Source: an uncultured Gammaproteobacteria bacterium (GTDB taxonomy: Bacteria > Patescibacteriota > Patescibacteriia > JAHIZJ01). Taken from it: a stretch of 64,000 nt of DNA. Shown piece after piece: positions 38,475 to 48,386 of the stretch (the stretch's first letter is position 1; each line of letters begins with the position of its first letter). The translations under genes and the position numbers were made by a program. The stretch spans positions 251,042 through 315,041 of the forward strand of contig CAYJKP010000001.1 of assembly GCA_964371245.1 (NCBI GenBank), in the 5' to 3' direction. Under the pieces are notes generated by a model, which was not told the DNA's origin, searched no databases, and saw nothing but the letters and a program-made list of their open reading frames with translations.

Positions 38475-38753
38475 TTATTGCGGTTTGACGTGGACGTACA
38501 CAGCAGTTTTCAGCGTGCCGTCAAAGCGCTTGCGTTTCTTCCTGGAAAATTCGACGACCCCGTTTGTTAATGAAAAAAGAGTGTCGTCCTTTCCACGTTT
38601 AACGTTTTTGCCAGCGTGGTATTTTGTTCCACGCTGTCGGATCAGAATATTCCCTTTTTTCGCTGGTTGGCCACCGAAAAGTTTCACCCCGAGGCGCTGA
38701 CTCTGTGAATCGCGGCCGAGACTAGTCGAACCCCCTGATTTTGTGTGTGCCAT
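38475..38753 (-). CDS. rpmA: 50S ribosomal protein L27
   Basis: [27 protein letters not shown] and GKDDTLF. Confidence 0.97.
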   Translation of the reverse strand: MAHTKSGGSTSLGRDSQSQRLGVKLFGGQPAKKGNILIRQRGTKYHAGKNVKRGKDDTLFSLTNGVVEFSRKKRKRFDGTLKTAVYVHVKPQ

Positions 38754-38786
38754 GCGTTCTCTCTAAAAAAGTAGATTAACGAAGAC

Positions 38787-38815
38787 AGTATATCGTCGAT
38801 TGATAAACGTGTCAA
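38787..38815 (-). promoter_or_regulatory. Sigma70 promoter for rpmA
   Basis: TTGACA-17 bp-TATACT. Confidence 0.8.
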
Positions 38816-38817
38816 CT

Positions 38818-39114
38818 CTACTCGGTCTCGACGCTCGTGTTGCCCGAGGCTGGGGCGAACGGATCATGCGTCGGAAGCGTCAGATGAGTTGAGTCTTTTT
38901 TTATAGACTGATTATCTTTCAACAATTCGAGTGTTTTTTGATTTATTTTGCTCTGTCGGGCCGTTACCTGATTTTCTTGGACAAGCGGTGGGTGAAAAAT
39001 TGCTTCATCAATGATGCGATACTGGCTGTATAACACCCAGATGAGGAAGAGGCTGCAAACCAGCCAGGCAATTTTCGGACCGTAGGTTTTAAGAATGGTT
39101 GTCGGAATTTTCAT
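38818..39114 (-). CDS. Small single-TM hypothetical protein at the PilP position of the pil operon
   Basis: One TM segment and a C-terminal DPF motif; directly follows pilO. Confidence 0.65.
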   Translation of the reverse strand: MKIPTTILKTYGPKIAWLVCSLFLIWVLYSQYRIIDEAIFHPPLVQENQVTARQSKINQKTLELLKDNQSIKKDSTHLTLPTHDPFAPASGNTSVETE

Positions 39115-39116
39115 GT

Positions 39117-39686
39117 TTATCTCCAATATGAGTTACCACCGAGCGAAAGTTGAAAAGTCTGGCCGGCCGGCGGTGGCTGGATCGGCGAGTTTGTTTTATT
39201 TGTTACCGGACCGGTGGTTACCGACGCGTTCAGTTGTTGGAAGGACAGATAATATTCCTGTGACTCGAGCTCAGCTACAAACCCGATGACATTGGCATAA
39301 CTACCGTCTACTTTTAATGAAATCGGCTGTTCAATCACCGGGCTCGTGCTATCATCCGGAAACTCGTCCAAATCAATGGTTATTACCAACGAGTGTTTCT
39401 GGGCAATTTCTTCGAGCGTAGAAATGAATTGTAAAATATTAGATTTGTCTATCAGATAGGAGTTGAGTTGGTTTTCTGCCTGCGTGAGTTCGTCGGTAAT
39501 ATCGGTGGTGTCGATTTTTTGTACCTGTTCTTTTAAGAGCGTCAAATCAACCCGTTTTTCGTTCAAGGTCTGTAAAATTTCCTCATTTTTTTCTTGGTAG
39601 GGGATAAAGATAAAAACAATTGAACCAACGATCACGAGGATAATGGCGGTAGCGAGGTAGAAAGATTTATTGACGCGTAATGTCAT
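39117..39686 (-). CDS. pilO: Type IV pilus assembly protein PilO-like
   Basis: TM plus coiled coil, then ISLKVDGSYANVIGFVAELE; position after pilN. Confidence 0.75.
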   Translation of the reverse strand: MTLRVNKSFYLATAIILVIVGSIVFIFIPYQEKNEEILQTLNEKRVDLTLLKEQVQKIDTTDITDELTQAENQLNSYLIDKSNILQFISTLEEIAQKHSLVITIDLDEFPDDSTSPVIEQPISLKVDGSYANVIGFVAELESQEYYLSFQQLNASVTTGPVTNKTNSPIQPPPAGQTFQLSLGGNSYWR

Positions 39687-40239
39687 AATTTGGAATTTTC
39701 TCTTGGTTAAGGACGCCCGTAAATCGAAAGGGGATGTTTTCCTTTATCGTAAGATAAGCCGTTGGATAGTCGAGGTTTTCTAGAAAAGACACATTTTTCA
39801 ATTTATTTTGGAAATCGATGAGGTCAGTACGCGTTCGCGCTGTGCCGCTGATAGTAATTTTGTTATCCTCCGGAGTGACGCCAATTGTTTGAAGGGTAAC
39901 ATTTTGACCAACCGCTTGGCCGATGGTTGTGAGAACGGTCGACCACTTGATGTAGTTCTTCTGGACGGTAAAGAGTATATTCGCTTTCTGGTTGATCTTT
40001 TTCACCAGGTCGTCCGTGGGAGCGTGGCCGCTCGTTTGAAGTGTTTGCTTTAATCCGTCGATCTCGCTTTGCACCTTTTGAACCTCGGTCTGAATCAGAT
40101 AACGCGTGGTTAAGGTCAGCGCGACCGCTAAGGCGCAAACGACAAAAAATGAAATAATAATCCGCCGAATACGGGAAAAGTTTTTTTCTGAGAGCAGCTG
40201 CGCTTTTTTTAAGGGTGGTAGAAGATTTAAGATAATCAC
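39667..40239 (-). CDS. pilN: Type IV pilus assembly protein PilN-like
   Basis: LNLLPP PilM-binding motif, TM segment and ITISGTARTR.DL..F. Confidence 0.82.
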   Translation of the reverse strand: MIILNLLPPLKKAQLLSEKNFSRIRRIIISFFVVCALAVALTLTTRYLIQTEVQKVQSEIDGLKQTLQTSGHAPTDDLVKKINQKANILFTVQKNYIKWSTVLTTIGQAVGQNVTLQTIGVTPEDNKITISGTARTRTDLIDFQNKLKNVSFLENLDYPTAYLTIKENIPFRFTGVLNQEKIPNYDITRQ

Positions 40240-40241
40240 GG

Positions 40242-41318
40242 CTATTTTGAATATGATTCAGAAATTCCGATCAAGCCGAGCCCGATCACAGTGCAATGCG
40301 AGGCCGCCTGACGTGGGGAAATAATATTTGTTTTTCGGAGTGACTCGGCTTTCTGCCATGGGTTTCCGATAACCACTTTTTGGGATAAGCGCTGGCTAAG
40401 CACGAGATCAATATTCTTTAAATTGGCCCCCCCGCCGACCAGCACGATTTGCTGGATATCTGACCCGAAGGCATTATGCGTTTTATAAAAACTGAGAATC
40501 GTGGCAATATGTTTCTGGATTTTTGAAAGGTAAGGCAACAGTGTATTTGGTATGACGGCTTTTCCGCGGGTTGGGTCAAGGCCGCAGAGTCTTTTTGCAT
40601 CCTCAGCCTCCTGATCGGTAATTTTTAATTTTTTGGCAATGAGTTCAGTCATGGCATAACCGGAAATGTCTTTTGTCGATGAGCTGTACGTAACAACACC
40701 ACGATCGACGATGACGCTGCTGGTTCGATGCAGGCCGATGTCTAAAACGAGGGCGGAAAAATCTTTTTCCGTTTTTTGCGGTGACAGAGCATAGGTTATT
40801 GCCATTGGTTCAATGATCAGACCGATCGGCTTGAGATCAGCATCCTCGAGGACGGCTGTATAGGCATCAGCGACCGTTTTTGGGATTGCCCCGATGAGGA
40901 CGCGATGGGTGTTGGCAGTTTGGTTTGATTCAAGCACGCGCCAATCAAGGTACATTTCATCGATGGTAAAGGGGATATGTTGAGCTGCTTCCCAGCGGAT
41001 CGTTTCCGCAATTTGGTTGTTGTCGACTTGCGGTATTTCGATGATCTTCACGAACGACTTCCATTCGGGCAATGAGGCAAAAACGCGCTTCGTCGTAAAA
41101 CGGCCTTTTTTGGGGCCAGCAATAAGTTTCTTGATAACTTCACTGACGGCGCGCGGTTCCAAGATCTCGCCATATTTCATGAGCCCAACCGGTACCGGCA
41201 TTTGATTGTACGCTTCAATTGAAAGCGTGCGGCCTTGGCCGGTAAATTGAATCGCCCGGATCGTCAGGTCGCTGATATCTAAGCCGAAAGCTTTTGAATT
41301 ATTATGGAGTGATGACAT
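40242..41318 (-). CDS. pilM: Type IV pilus assembly protein PilM (actin-like)
   Basis: AFGLDISD, WEA.QHIPF, LDIG, LVGGGA and IGLGL. ATG at 41318 preferred. Confidence 0.9.
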   Translation of the reverse strand: MSSLHNNSKAFGLDISDLTIRAIQFTGQGRTLSIEAYNQMPVPVGLMKYGEILEPRAVSEVIKKLIAGPKKGRFTTKRVFASLPEWKSFVKIIEIPQVDNNQIAETIRWEAAQHIPFTIDEMYLDWRVLESNQTANTHRVLIGAIPKTVADAYTAVLEDADLKPIGLIIEPMAITYALSPQKTEKDFSALVLDIGLHRTSSVIVDRGVVTYSSSTKDISGYAMTELIAKKLKITDQEAEDAKRLCGLDPTRGKAVIPNTLLPYLSKIQKHIATILSFYKTHNAFGSDIQQIVLVGGGANLKNIDLVLSQRLSQKVVIGNPWQKAESLRKTNIISPRQAASHCTVIGLGLIGISESYSK

Positions 41319-41391
41319 CGCTGGGTATAACTTTTTTGATGTCTGCTGAATATTAGTATACCTTTTTTCTCTTTCAAGAACCAGGCGGTTG

Positions 41392-42783
41392 TTAGGTCTT
41401 GATCTCTTTCCAGGAAATAAAGTTATATTCGCCGGTGGCCGGAAAGAACGGCGGTGGAGCATAGATTAAGGCCGGCTCGAAATAAGATTCTGTAATTTGA
41501 TACCCGGATATAACGGTGCCACCCCCATTCACCCATGACCACGTCCAGACATTATTGGTAATAATCGAGCCTCGGACCATGATTCTGTTTTTTACGTCAC
41601 CTGGATAGTAGAAACGCTGGACCGCGCCTTTTTGGGCGACCATCACCGCTTGGATTTCCAATACATTCGGGGAGTAGCGGGGCACTAATATATTTTTTTG
41701 CGCGATCAAGCCGAGCATGGTGTCTGTTGGGTCAGCCCGGGTCAGATTGCCGTTAATGATGATTGACGAATTAGTGTCGTCACTATCGGGAAATTGAGCG
41801 GCCGCAACGGTTGCTTTTTCTTTTAACACGCCGTCAACCCATACTTTTTTATCTTCAACGAAGATCAGATTTTGGATGCCGCATTCGTCAACCGCTAAAT
41901 CATACCGGTCGACGAAATCTTCATGTTTAATGTCGTTCGAATCCCAACCGCAATTTCCCTGAGTGTCACACCCGTAGACGTCCGATTTTAGCTGAGTGAC
42001 CTTATAGAGCTCGAAGGCGCCGGTATTTTTAAATAAGATGTGATAACCATACGCGCCGGATGGCTCGAAGTAGTAGCCGCCGTTTTGTGCTTTTGTCCTT
42101 AGATCTGCCAAATCGGTCGTGATGACATTAAAATCTACGGTAGACACGGGGAAACGCCATAAACCGTCGGCGCCGCCGCTTCCGCTGCCCCAGATACCCG
42201 GCTTTTCCTCAGCCGGATCGCAGCCATGCATTGGCTGGCAGGTATACGTTTCTTTCGCTGAGGTCGATTCGGTATTTTGAGTGCCATCCATTCGAATGCC
42301 GCCATTGGAGTGAAGCGGTCCTTGGACGTCTTCATTCTCGCCAATCCAGATATCGGAATTTGTTAAGAAAGCATATTGAGCCAACGATGCCCGGTTATAC
42401 CGTACCTCGATCGTTCGTTTGACATTAGGAAAGTCGAGCGTCCAACCAGTTGATTTGACCGTAACCATCGTGGTACAGGTAACGGGCTCTGTTATCTCTA
42501 ACATGTACTGGCCGATCACGCCACCCTGAGGATCGCTGTAATTATAGGTACCCGAAAAACTGTAATCATTTGAGGCGTGGACTAAATGCCAACGGCTGTA
42601 GTTTGCGCCAGCTTCCGCTATGGCGAGCGAGCGTTCCCAGGAAACTTGTCGAATCGTGTACTTATTTTGCGACAGGACGAGATTGATGATACCGCCAAGC
42701 ATCAACATAAAAATAGTCAAAAAGACGAGCGCCATGACGAGAATGGCACCTTGGGACTCATGATGTGACACGTGATGACTCAT
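41392..42783 (-). CDS. PilX/PilK-like large minor pilin
   Basis: QG|AILVMALVF class III signal lacking Glu5; LAIAEAG, GPLHSNGGIR and PPPFFP. Confidence 0.75.
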   Translation of the reverse strand: MSHHVSHHESQGAILVMALVFLTIFMLMLGGIINLVLSQNKYTIRQVSWERSLAIAEAGANYSRWHLVHASNDYSFSGTYNYSDPQGGVIGQYMLEITEPVTCTTMVTVKSTGWTLDFPNVKRTIEVRYNRASLAQYAFLTNSDIWIGENEDVQGPLHSNGGIRMDGTQNTESTSAKETYTCQPMHGCDPAEEKPGIWGSGSGGADGLWRFPVSTVDFNVITTDLADLRTKAQNGGYYFEPSGAYGYHILFKNTGAFELYKVTQLKSDVYGCDTQGNCGWDSNDIKHEDFVDRYDLAVDECGIQNLIFVEDKKVWVDGVLKEKATVAAAQFPDSDDTNSSIIINGNLTRADPTDTMLGLIAQKNILVPRYSPNVLEIQAVMVAQKGAVQRFYYPGDVKNRIMVRGSIITNNVWTWSWVNGGGTVISGYQITESYFEPALIYAPPPFFPATGEYNFISWKEIKT

Positions 42784-43397
42784 AAATTATTTTTCAGATT
42801 ACGTATTTGGACCTCGGTCACGACCTCGGTTTCATTCGGCGCCTGGTTTTCGTTGACATTAATTCGTAAATAAAAGTTTAGCAACTTGGTTTCGGTTAAA
42901 CGGGTTGGTGTCGGCAGGGGATTATGGATCATGTCGCCCGGATAATCACCGTTGTAATACACGAAGATTGGCGTCGCCCCATTCCGGACGTATTCGGCGA
43001 TCGTGGTGATAGACTCGGTGGCCGGATCGTAAACAATCGGAATGCCGCTGGGTTCGACCACCCCTTTTTTAAAAATAGTCCCATCCAGAAAATACCGGAC
43101 GCGTTCGATCGCTGCGTCGCCATCAATATTGCTGAAAAAGATGATTTCCTGGTCCTCTGCCCGATTGAGAATATACGAACCGTCGTCGCCGGGTGCCGCA
43201 TCGCGCAATTCTTTGACCATCGTTTGGGCGCTTCGACGCGCGTACTCGACCTGCTGTTGTTGTTCGGTGGCGAAGGTTTGAAAGCGCAAGCCTTGGAAAA
43301 AGAAGGTTAATAAAGCTGCCAAAGCGAGACTAAAAATCGTAAGCGCGACCAGTGTTTCAACAAGCGTAAACCCAGTTTTTTTTGTTTTGGTAAGCAT
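42780..43397 (-). CDS. Type IV minor pilin (PilW/GspJ-like)
   Basis: KTG|FTLVETLV prepilin cleavage/methylation motif; MVKELR and ERVRYFL. Confidence 0.85.
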   Translation of the reverse strand: MLTKTKKTGFTLVETLVALTIFSLALAALLTFFFQGLRFQTFATEQQQQVEYARRSAQTMVKELRDAAPGDDGSYILNRAEDQEIIFFSNIDGDAAIERVRYFLDGTIFKKGVVEPSGIPIVYDPATESITTIAEYVRNGATPIFVYYNGDYPGDMIHNPLPTPTRLTETKLLNFYLRINVNENQAPNETEVVTEVQIRNLKNNL

Positions 43398-43400
43398 GGT

Positions 43401-44750
43401 TTAGACTGGAGGGATCATCACGACCTCGACGGTTCGTTGACCGTCGACGGTAATAGTTTCTTCATAAATCTGATAGCCAGTTACCTCGATATGGAGCGTG
43501 TAGTCGCCTTGCACGAGGGGGCTGAAAAACGTTTGTCCCCAGGCCGTGGTCGTTTGCGTTTCATTATATGGTGGCGTCACCCGGCTCAGCTGAACCGCGA
43601 CATTCGGCATCAGGGCCATGTCTTGGTCGCGGACGGTGACGAGCAAGGTGTGATCGGCGTGTGGCGTGGCGAGGGTGATATCAGTGTTTTCTGTGGCCCC
43701 GGGATCAAGCGTTATCGGCAGCGGCGGATTCGCGCCAGCGATATCGTAATCGATCCCATCATTATCGATACTGAAATGGTAGGTATCCCACTCAAGATCA
43801 GAGATCGTGATTTCTCCTGATGCGTTTGTGGTGAATGTCTGGGTATATTTATAGATCGGATTGTTTTCTCCGTCGGTGCCAATTATTTTTGAACCGCGCA
43901 ATGTGAAGTCGATATTCGGGAGCGGTTGACTGGCCTGATCGAGCGTTCGGACAGTCGCCGTGCCGAGCAGATCGATGGCAAAGCTCGCCTCTGTCACAAC
44001 ATTCAAATACACCGACAAGGGCGGATGTGCGGGGTTGGGATTGGCAACAGGGTCTATTTCATAGGTTTGATCTGTGCTGTAGCCATCCTTGGTTACCCGG
44101 ACATCATAGGTTTCGATTGATGGGGGCATGCCGGGTAAAACCAGCGTACCATTAGCCTGGGTCGTCGTATCATACGAAACAACCGGATCGACATCGGTAT
44201 TTTCGATATGCACGGCGGCTGACGGTACGGGCTGCCCCTGCGCGTCAAACACTGTCAGCAGAATTGTTCCACCGTCGACTGTTTTTTCCATACCCTTTGG
44301 CGTTACATCGGTGACTAAAACAACCGGCTTTTTGATAAGCATCCGTGGCCAGGTTATCTCGATCCGAACGCTCTTATAATCGGCGCTGTTCGTGTCAGGC
44401 GGGCCGCCGCTGGCCGTGCCGTCAAACGGGTCATCAACATAGCGTATGTCCGTTTCGAGAGTAAAGGTGAGATGATTTACAACGAGCTGTTCGGTCTGAG
44501 GGATTGTACCGTCCGGGATGCCGCCAGTGATACCGACGTTATCATATGTGAGGTTTCGTATTATTTCCATCCGTTTGTTCGCGATCGCGATCGCGTCGAT
44601 GCGCGCCCGATTATCAGAGAGTATCCTCGTTCCATAATCCATCAGGGTATAGAAGCCGACCATAATCACAGCGAAAATCGCCAAGCCGACCACAATCTCG
44701 ATTAACGTAAAGCCATATTGCCGTCTTTCGAAGTTCTTTTTAAATGGCAT
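43401..44750 (-). CDS. Type IV minor pilin fused to three carboxypeptidase-regulatory-like beta domains
   Basis: YG|FTLIEIVV motif; three repeats of the form (L)TV.D..(G)QP.P...V. Confidence 0.82.
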   Translation of the reverse strand: MPFKKNFERRQYGFTLIEIVVGLAIFAVIMVGFYTLMDYGTRILSDNRARIDAIAIANKRMEIIRNLTYDNVGITGGIPDGTIPQTEQLVVNHLTFTLETDIRYVDDPFDGTASGGPPDTNSADYKSVRIEITWPRMLIKKPVVLVTDVTPKGMEKTVDGGTILLTVFDAQGQPVPSAAVHIENTDVDPVVSYDTTTQANGTLVLPGMPPSIETYDVRVTKDGYSTDQTYEIDPVANPNPAHPPLSVYLNVVTEASFAIDLLGTATVRTLDQASQPLPNIDFTLRGSKIIGTDGENNPIYKYTQTFTTNASGEITISDLEWDTYHFSIDNDGIDYDIAGANPPLPITLDPGATENTDITLATPHADHTLLVTVRDQDMALMPNVAVQLSRVTPPYNETQTTTAWGQTFFSPLVQGDYTLHIEVTGYQIYEETITVDGQRTVEVVMIPPV

Positions 44751-45954
44751 TAGTCAGGCTATACATTGGTAAAATAATGGCGACGGCCATAATGCCTACC
44801 GCCGCGCCCATAATGACAAGAATTATTGGTTCAATAATCGTGGCCAGCGAGGCCATTGTTTCCTCGACGTCCTCTTCATAAAAAATTGCGATTTCTTCCG
44901 ACAGCGTGTCCAGCGTACCCGACTGTTCGCCGACATTGATAATCTGGGTAACGACCGGGGGAAAAAGGCGTGGGTATTTTTCAATAACCGCGGTTATCGG
45001 CACGCCCTGCTTCACGCTGTCTGAGATGGCCATCATGGCTTCTTGATAGAAGACATTGCCAAGCGTTTTTGAAATGATTCTGAAAACTTCAACAATCGGA
45101 ATGTCGGTCTTTAACAGGGAACTCAAGGTTCTGGTAAAGCGGGCTAAATTCACTTTTTTTACAATTTTTCCAAAAATCGGTGTCCGCAGGAGTATCCGAT
45201 GATAGAGGCGCCGACCGGACTTTGTCCGAATGAGGCGGAGAAAGATAAGGACAAGCGCGATCGGAATGCCAAACACGAGGGGGATATTTTTGCCCGCAAA
45301 ATTGCTGACGGAAATTATAATCCGTGTGATCAGGGGAAGCTCAACGCCGCTTTCCGAAAAGATGGCCGTGATTTTCGGTACGACGAAGATGAACATGACA
45401 ATGCCAATGCCCACCATCGCGACTAAGATGAAGGCGGGGTAGGTGAGGGCGCCTTTTACCTTTGCCAGCAGATTGTGGTCTTTTTTCATCTGGATCGTGA
45501 GCCGATCGAGCACGGTTTCGAGCTGACCGGAGACCTCGCCGGCTTCGATCATATTCACGAATACCGGCGAAAACACTTTCGGGTAATTGTGCATGACTGA
45601 GGCGAGCGTTTTTCCGGTCTCAACTTCTTGCCGGAGATGATCGATGATTTTGGCAAAGTACTTATTGCCCGTTTGGAGGCTCAAGGTTTTCAACGCTTTG
45701 GCGATCGAGAAACCTGTCCGGGCCATAACCTGGAGATTTTGTGTGAAGAAGATTTTATCGACGAGCGTAACGGATTTAAATTTATCGAGCCAGGATAATT
45801 TTGTCGAGGCGTGACGATCAACCACGGTTGCCGAAACAAGCAGAAGGCCTTCTTTCTTCAGCTGTTCTTGAAGTTCGTTTTGGTCGGCCGCCTCGCTCTG
45901 AGCGCGTTTCATTGCGCCCGTGGCGCTTTGGGCTGTATACAAAAATACTGGCAT
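44740..45954 (-). CDS. pilC: Type IV pilus platform protein PilC (GspF family)
   Basis: AGEVSGQL, ALTYP, ARFTRTLSSLL, VGEQSGTL and IIEP...LPMY. Confidence 0.93.
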   Translation of the reverse strand: MPVFLYTAQSATGAMKRAQSEAADQNELQEQLKKEGLLLVSATVVDRHASTKLSWLDKFKSVTLVDKIFFTQNLQVMARTGFSIAKALKTLSLQTGNKYFAKIIDHLRQEVETGKTLASVMHNYPKVFSPVFVNMIEAGEVSGQLETVLDRLTIQMKKDHNLLAKVKGALTYPAFILVAMVGIGIVMFIFVVPKITAIFSESGVELPLITRIIISVSNFAGKNIPLVFGIPIALVLIFLRLIRTKSGRRLYHRILLRTPIFGKIVKKVNLARFTRTLSSLLKTDIPIVEVFRIISKTLGNVFYQEAMMAISDSVKQGVPITAVIEKYPRLFPPVVTQIINVGEQSGTLDTLSEEIAIFYEEDVEETMASLATIIEPIILVIMGAAVGIMAVAIILPMYSLTNAI

Positions 45955-45956
45955 GA

Positions 45957-47690
45957 TTAATCCTTCGTTACACGCAGCACTTCCTCGATGGTCGTAATAC
46001 CCATTTTTGCTTTTATAAAACCGTCCTCCAGCATGGTGACCATACCTTTTTTACGGGCCAGCGGCTGTAATTCTTCGCTCGTCGCATTTTTTGTCACGAG
46101 CTCGGCGATCTCATGGTCAACCTCAATAACTTCATAGATACCGAGCCGACCCTTATAGCCGGATTGGTTGCATTCTCGGCAGCCTTTGCCGCGATAGAAT
46201 AGCAGCGCTTCTGGCGAGGCGACGGCGGGCGTCACCGTACCTTCGCGGGCGAGAGCATTGAGAAGTTCTTTGAAATTTATTTGTCGCTCCAGCTCTTCAA
46301 TCGCTTTCGTACTCAAGGTGTAACTCATGATACAGTTGGGGCAAATTTTTCTGACCAGCCGCTGAGCCATGATTAAATTGGTAGTTGTCGCCACCAGGAA
46401 CGATGGGATGCCCATCTCGAGTAAGCGCGGCAAGGCGCCGACCGCATCATTCGTATGCAGGGTCGAGAGGACGAGGTGTCCGGTCATGGCCGCGTTGGCG
46501 GAAATCTCAGCGGTTTCTTTGTCGCGGATTTCTCCGACCATGATGATATTCGGATCCTGACGGAGCAAGGCGCGCAGGCCGACCGAAAAACTGAAACCGA
46601 TTTTCGGGTTTATCTGGCTTTGGTTAATTCTCGGAATCCGGTATTCGATCGGATCTTCGACGGTGGAGATGTTTACGCCAGGCTTATTGAGGATATTTAA
46701 GATGGTATAGAGCGTGGTGGTTTTCCCTGATCCGGTCGGACCGGTTACAAGGATCATGCCGTGCGGCTTGCTGATATTTTTTTTCACCAGATTATAGGCG
46801 CTGGTCAGGAGGCCGAGCTGTTCCAAGCTCAGGATTTGAGCGGATTCGTTCAATAACCGCAAGACGACTTTTTCGCCGTCATATACCGGGATGATTGAAA
46901 CACGGAAGGCAACCTTGTATTCCTCAGTGCTGACTTTGAACCGGCCGTCTTGAGGTAGGCGATGTTCATCGAGCTTTAAATTCGAAAGTATTTTTATCCG
47001 AGCGATTACGCCTGATTGTATTTTTTTCGGCAACGTCATGACTTCGCGTAGGATGCCGTCGATCCGATACCGCACGATTACGTCGCGCTCGGTCGGCTCA
47101 ATGTGTATATCAGAAGCGCTTTCATAGATGGCATATTCGAGGAGCGTTTCAACAATCCGAATGATCGGCAAATCTTGAGCCAGTTTTTTCAGGTCACCCT
47201 GGTCAGCGGCGGCTTCTTCATGTTCGCCCGGGCTCGTGATTTCTTGAAACTTCGCTTTTATGCCCTTGTGGTATTGTTTAATAATCTCTTTGATCGAACT
47301 CGGCGTGGTAACGGCGATGTTTGGCTCGAGGTTGGTTTTTTTCTTTATGAATTCGATAATTTCAAGATCGGTCGGGTCAGTCATGGCCAACTGGATCGTA
47401 CCGCCCTCCTGATCATAGGCGACGACCTGATGGACCTGGACAATCGTGTCGGGTATGGTTTGGAGTAAATCTTTGCGGATGGCTTTTCGCTTCAAATCAA
47501 CGAACGCAAGATTGAAATACCCAGCGATACCCTCATATAAACCGTTCTCCGTCAGGATCTTTTTTCCGATTAAATAATCAGCCAACGATACATTCTCGTT
47601 GGCGGCATCAGTAATAGCTTTATTAAGATCTGCCTCGGGCAGAATCTTTGATTTCTGGAGTATTTCCTGGATTTGTTCCTGTTTTAACAT
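45957..47690 (-). CDS. pilB: Type IV pilus extension ATPase PilB (GspE family)
   Basis: ASDIHIEP, RLPQDGR, GPTGSGKTT, TVEDPIE, LRQDP.IIMVGEIRD, TGHLVLSTLHTN and two CxxC motifs. Confidence 0.95.
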   Translation of the reverse strand: MLKQEQIQEILQKSKILPEADLNKAITDAANENVSLADYLIGKKILTENGLYEGIAGYFNLAFVDLKRKAIRKDLLQTIPDTIVQVHQVVAYDQEGGTIQLAMTDPTDLEIIEFIKKKTNLEPNIAVTTPSSIKEIIKQYHKGIKAKFQEITSPGEHEEAAADQGDLKKLAQDLPIIRIVETLLEYAIYESASDIHIEPTERDVIVRYRIDGILREVMTLPKKIQSGVIARIKILSNLKLDEHRLPQDGRFKVSTEEYKVAFRVSIIPVYDGEKVVLRLLNESAQILSLEQLGLLTSAYNLVKKNISKPHGMILVTGPTGSGKTTTLYTILNILNKPGVNISTVEDPIEYRIPRINQSQINPKIGFSFSVGLRALLRQDPNIIMVGEIRDKETAEISANAAMTGHLVLSTLHTNDAVGALPRLLEMGIPSFLVATTTNLIMAQRLVRKICPNCIMSYTLSTKAIEELERQINFKELLNALAREGTVTPAVASPEALLFYRGKGCRECNQSGYKGRLGIYEVIEVDHEIAELVTKNATSEELQPLARKKGMVTMLEDGFIKAKMGITTIEEVLRVTKD

Positions 47691-47715
47691 AAAAAACGTT
47701 TTTATTTCTATCTAT

Positions 47716-47744
47716 ATTATATCACATATGAAAATATTCGTCAA
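47716..47744 (-). promoter_or_regulatory. Strong sigma70 promoter for the pil operon
   Basis: TTGACG-17 bp-TATAAT with extended TG; short SD-less leader before pilB. Confidence 0.8.
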
Positions 47745-47834
47745 ATACTTAATATTGACTTTTTAATGTGCCCATGTTTTATTTGTTGAGTTCGGCTATA
47801 TCAACGGCGATCTCATTCATGGAGGAGGGTCGGC

Positions 47835-48284
47835 ATGTCGGTCAGGGGGTTGGATCGGTCATGTCAGTGCGCAACGAGCCAAAGACTTCTCGCGATCAGC
47901 GGTAGTGTCATGTTCGCCGCCGGTCTCCTGTACCTGGGTTTGCTTCGCGTCTTTGAGAATCACCTGGTCGCTCAGTGGCTACTGGCCATCATCGCAGTAA
48001 TCGGGTGGTTAACTGGCTTGAACCGTACGATTCGGCTCGCCGGAGCGATTGCTCTGACATCGGTCGCGGCAGTCGTATCGGTCGCGCTCGTTTTGCACGG
48101 TGAAGGCTTCTCATCGGCGCTCGTCTGTCAGATCGGTCTGTTGATCGCGACCAGTATCTGTGTCTGGCGCTGGCGCGACGCGAGCCTGGTAGCGTCGAAA
48201 AAGGCCTGGTTCGTTGTTGGCCTAGAAGCGCTCGTCGTCGTGGCGATGGTATTCGCAACGCTCTTTCCGGTTATTCCGCAGTAG
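47835..48284 (+). CDS. Orphan hydrophobic membrane protein (about 5 TM)
   Basis: Strong SD GGAGGAGG (47821-47828); candidate promoter TTGACT(47755)-17-TTTATT; own terminator. Confidence 0.65.
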   Translation: MSVRGLDRSCQCATSQRLLAISGSVMFAAGLLYLGLLRVFENHLVAQWLLAIIAVIGWLTGLNRTIRLAGAIALTSVAAVVSVALVLHGEGFSSALVCQIGLLIATSICVWRWRDASLVASKKAWFVVGLEALVVVAMVFATLFPVIPQ

Positions 48285-48342
48285 TCATATGATTTGGCCT
48301 TCTGGCGCTGCCTCAGGGAAACCGCCAGATCGGCACAATCAT

Positions 48343-48376
48343 AAGACCGCCCGGCCTCAGCTCGAGCGGTCTTTTT
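48343..48376 (+). terminator. Intrinsic terminator preceded by a second long hairpin (48288-48343)
   Basis: AAGACCGC...GCGGTCTT followed by TTT. Upstream hairpin pairs TATGATT/AATCATA, GCC/GGC and TCTGGCG/CGCCAGA. Confidence 0.75.
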
Positions 48377-48386
48377 CTAACAGTAT

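Noticed and set aside
41319-41462. Longer ORF starts for pilM, the PMT-like gene, rmlC, the second flippase, the first GT4 and pyrG
   Set aside because: The extensions overlap neighbouring genes or promoters and precede the recognisable family N-termini.
47752-47764. 13-mer ATATTGACTTTTT shared with 61167-61179 as a recombination or operator site
   Set aside because: Both copies are centred on predicted -35 hexamers in AT-rich DNA, so promoter convergence explains them.
48285-48386. Integron attC site
   Set aside because: No RYYYAAC...GTTRRRY ends in the required order, and no integrase or cassette array.
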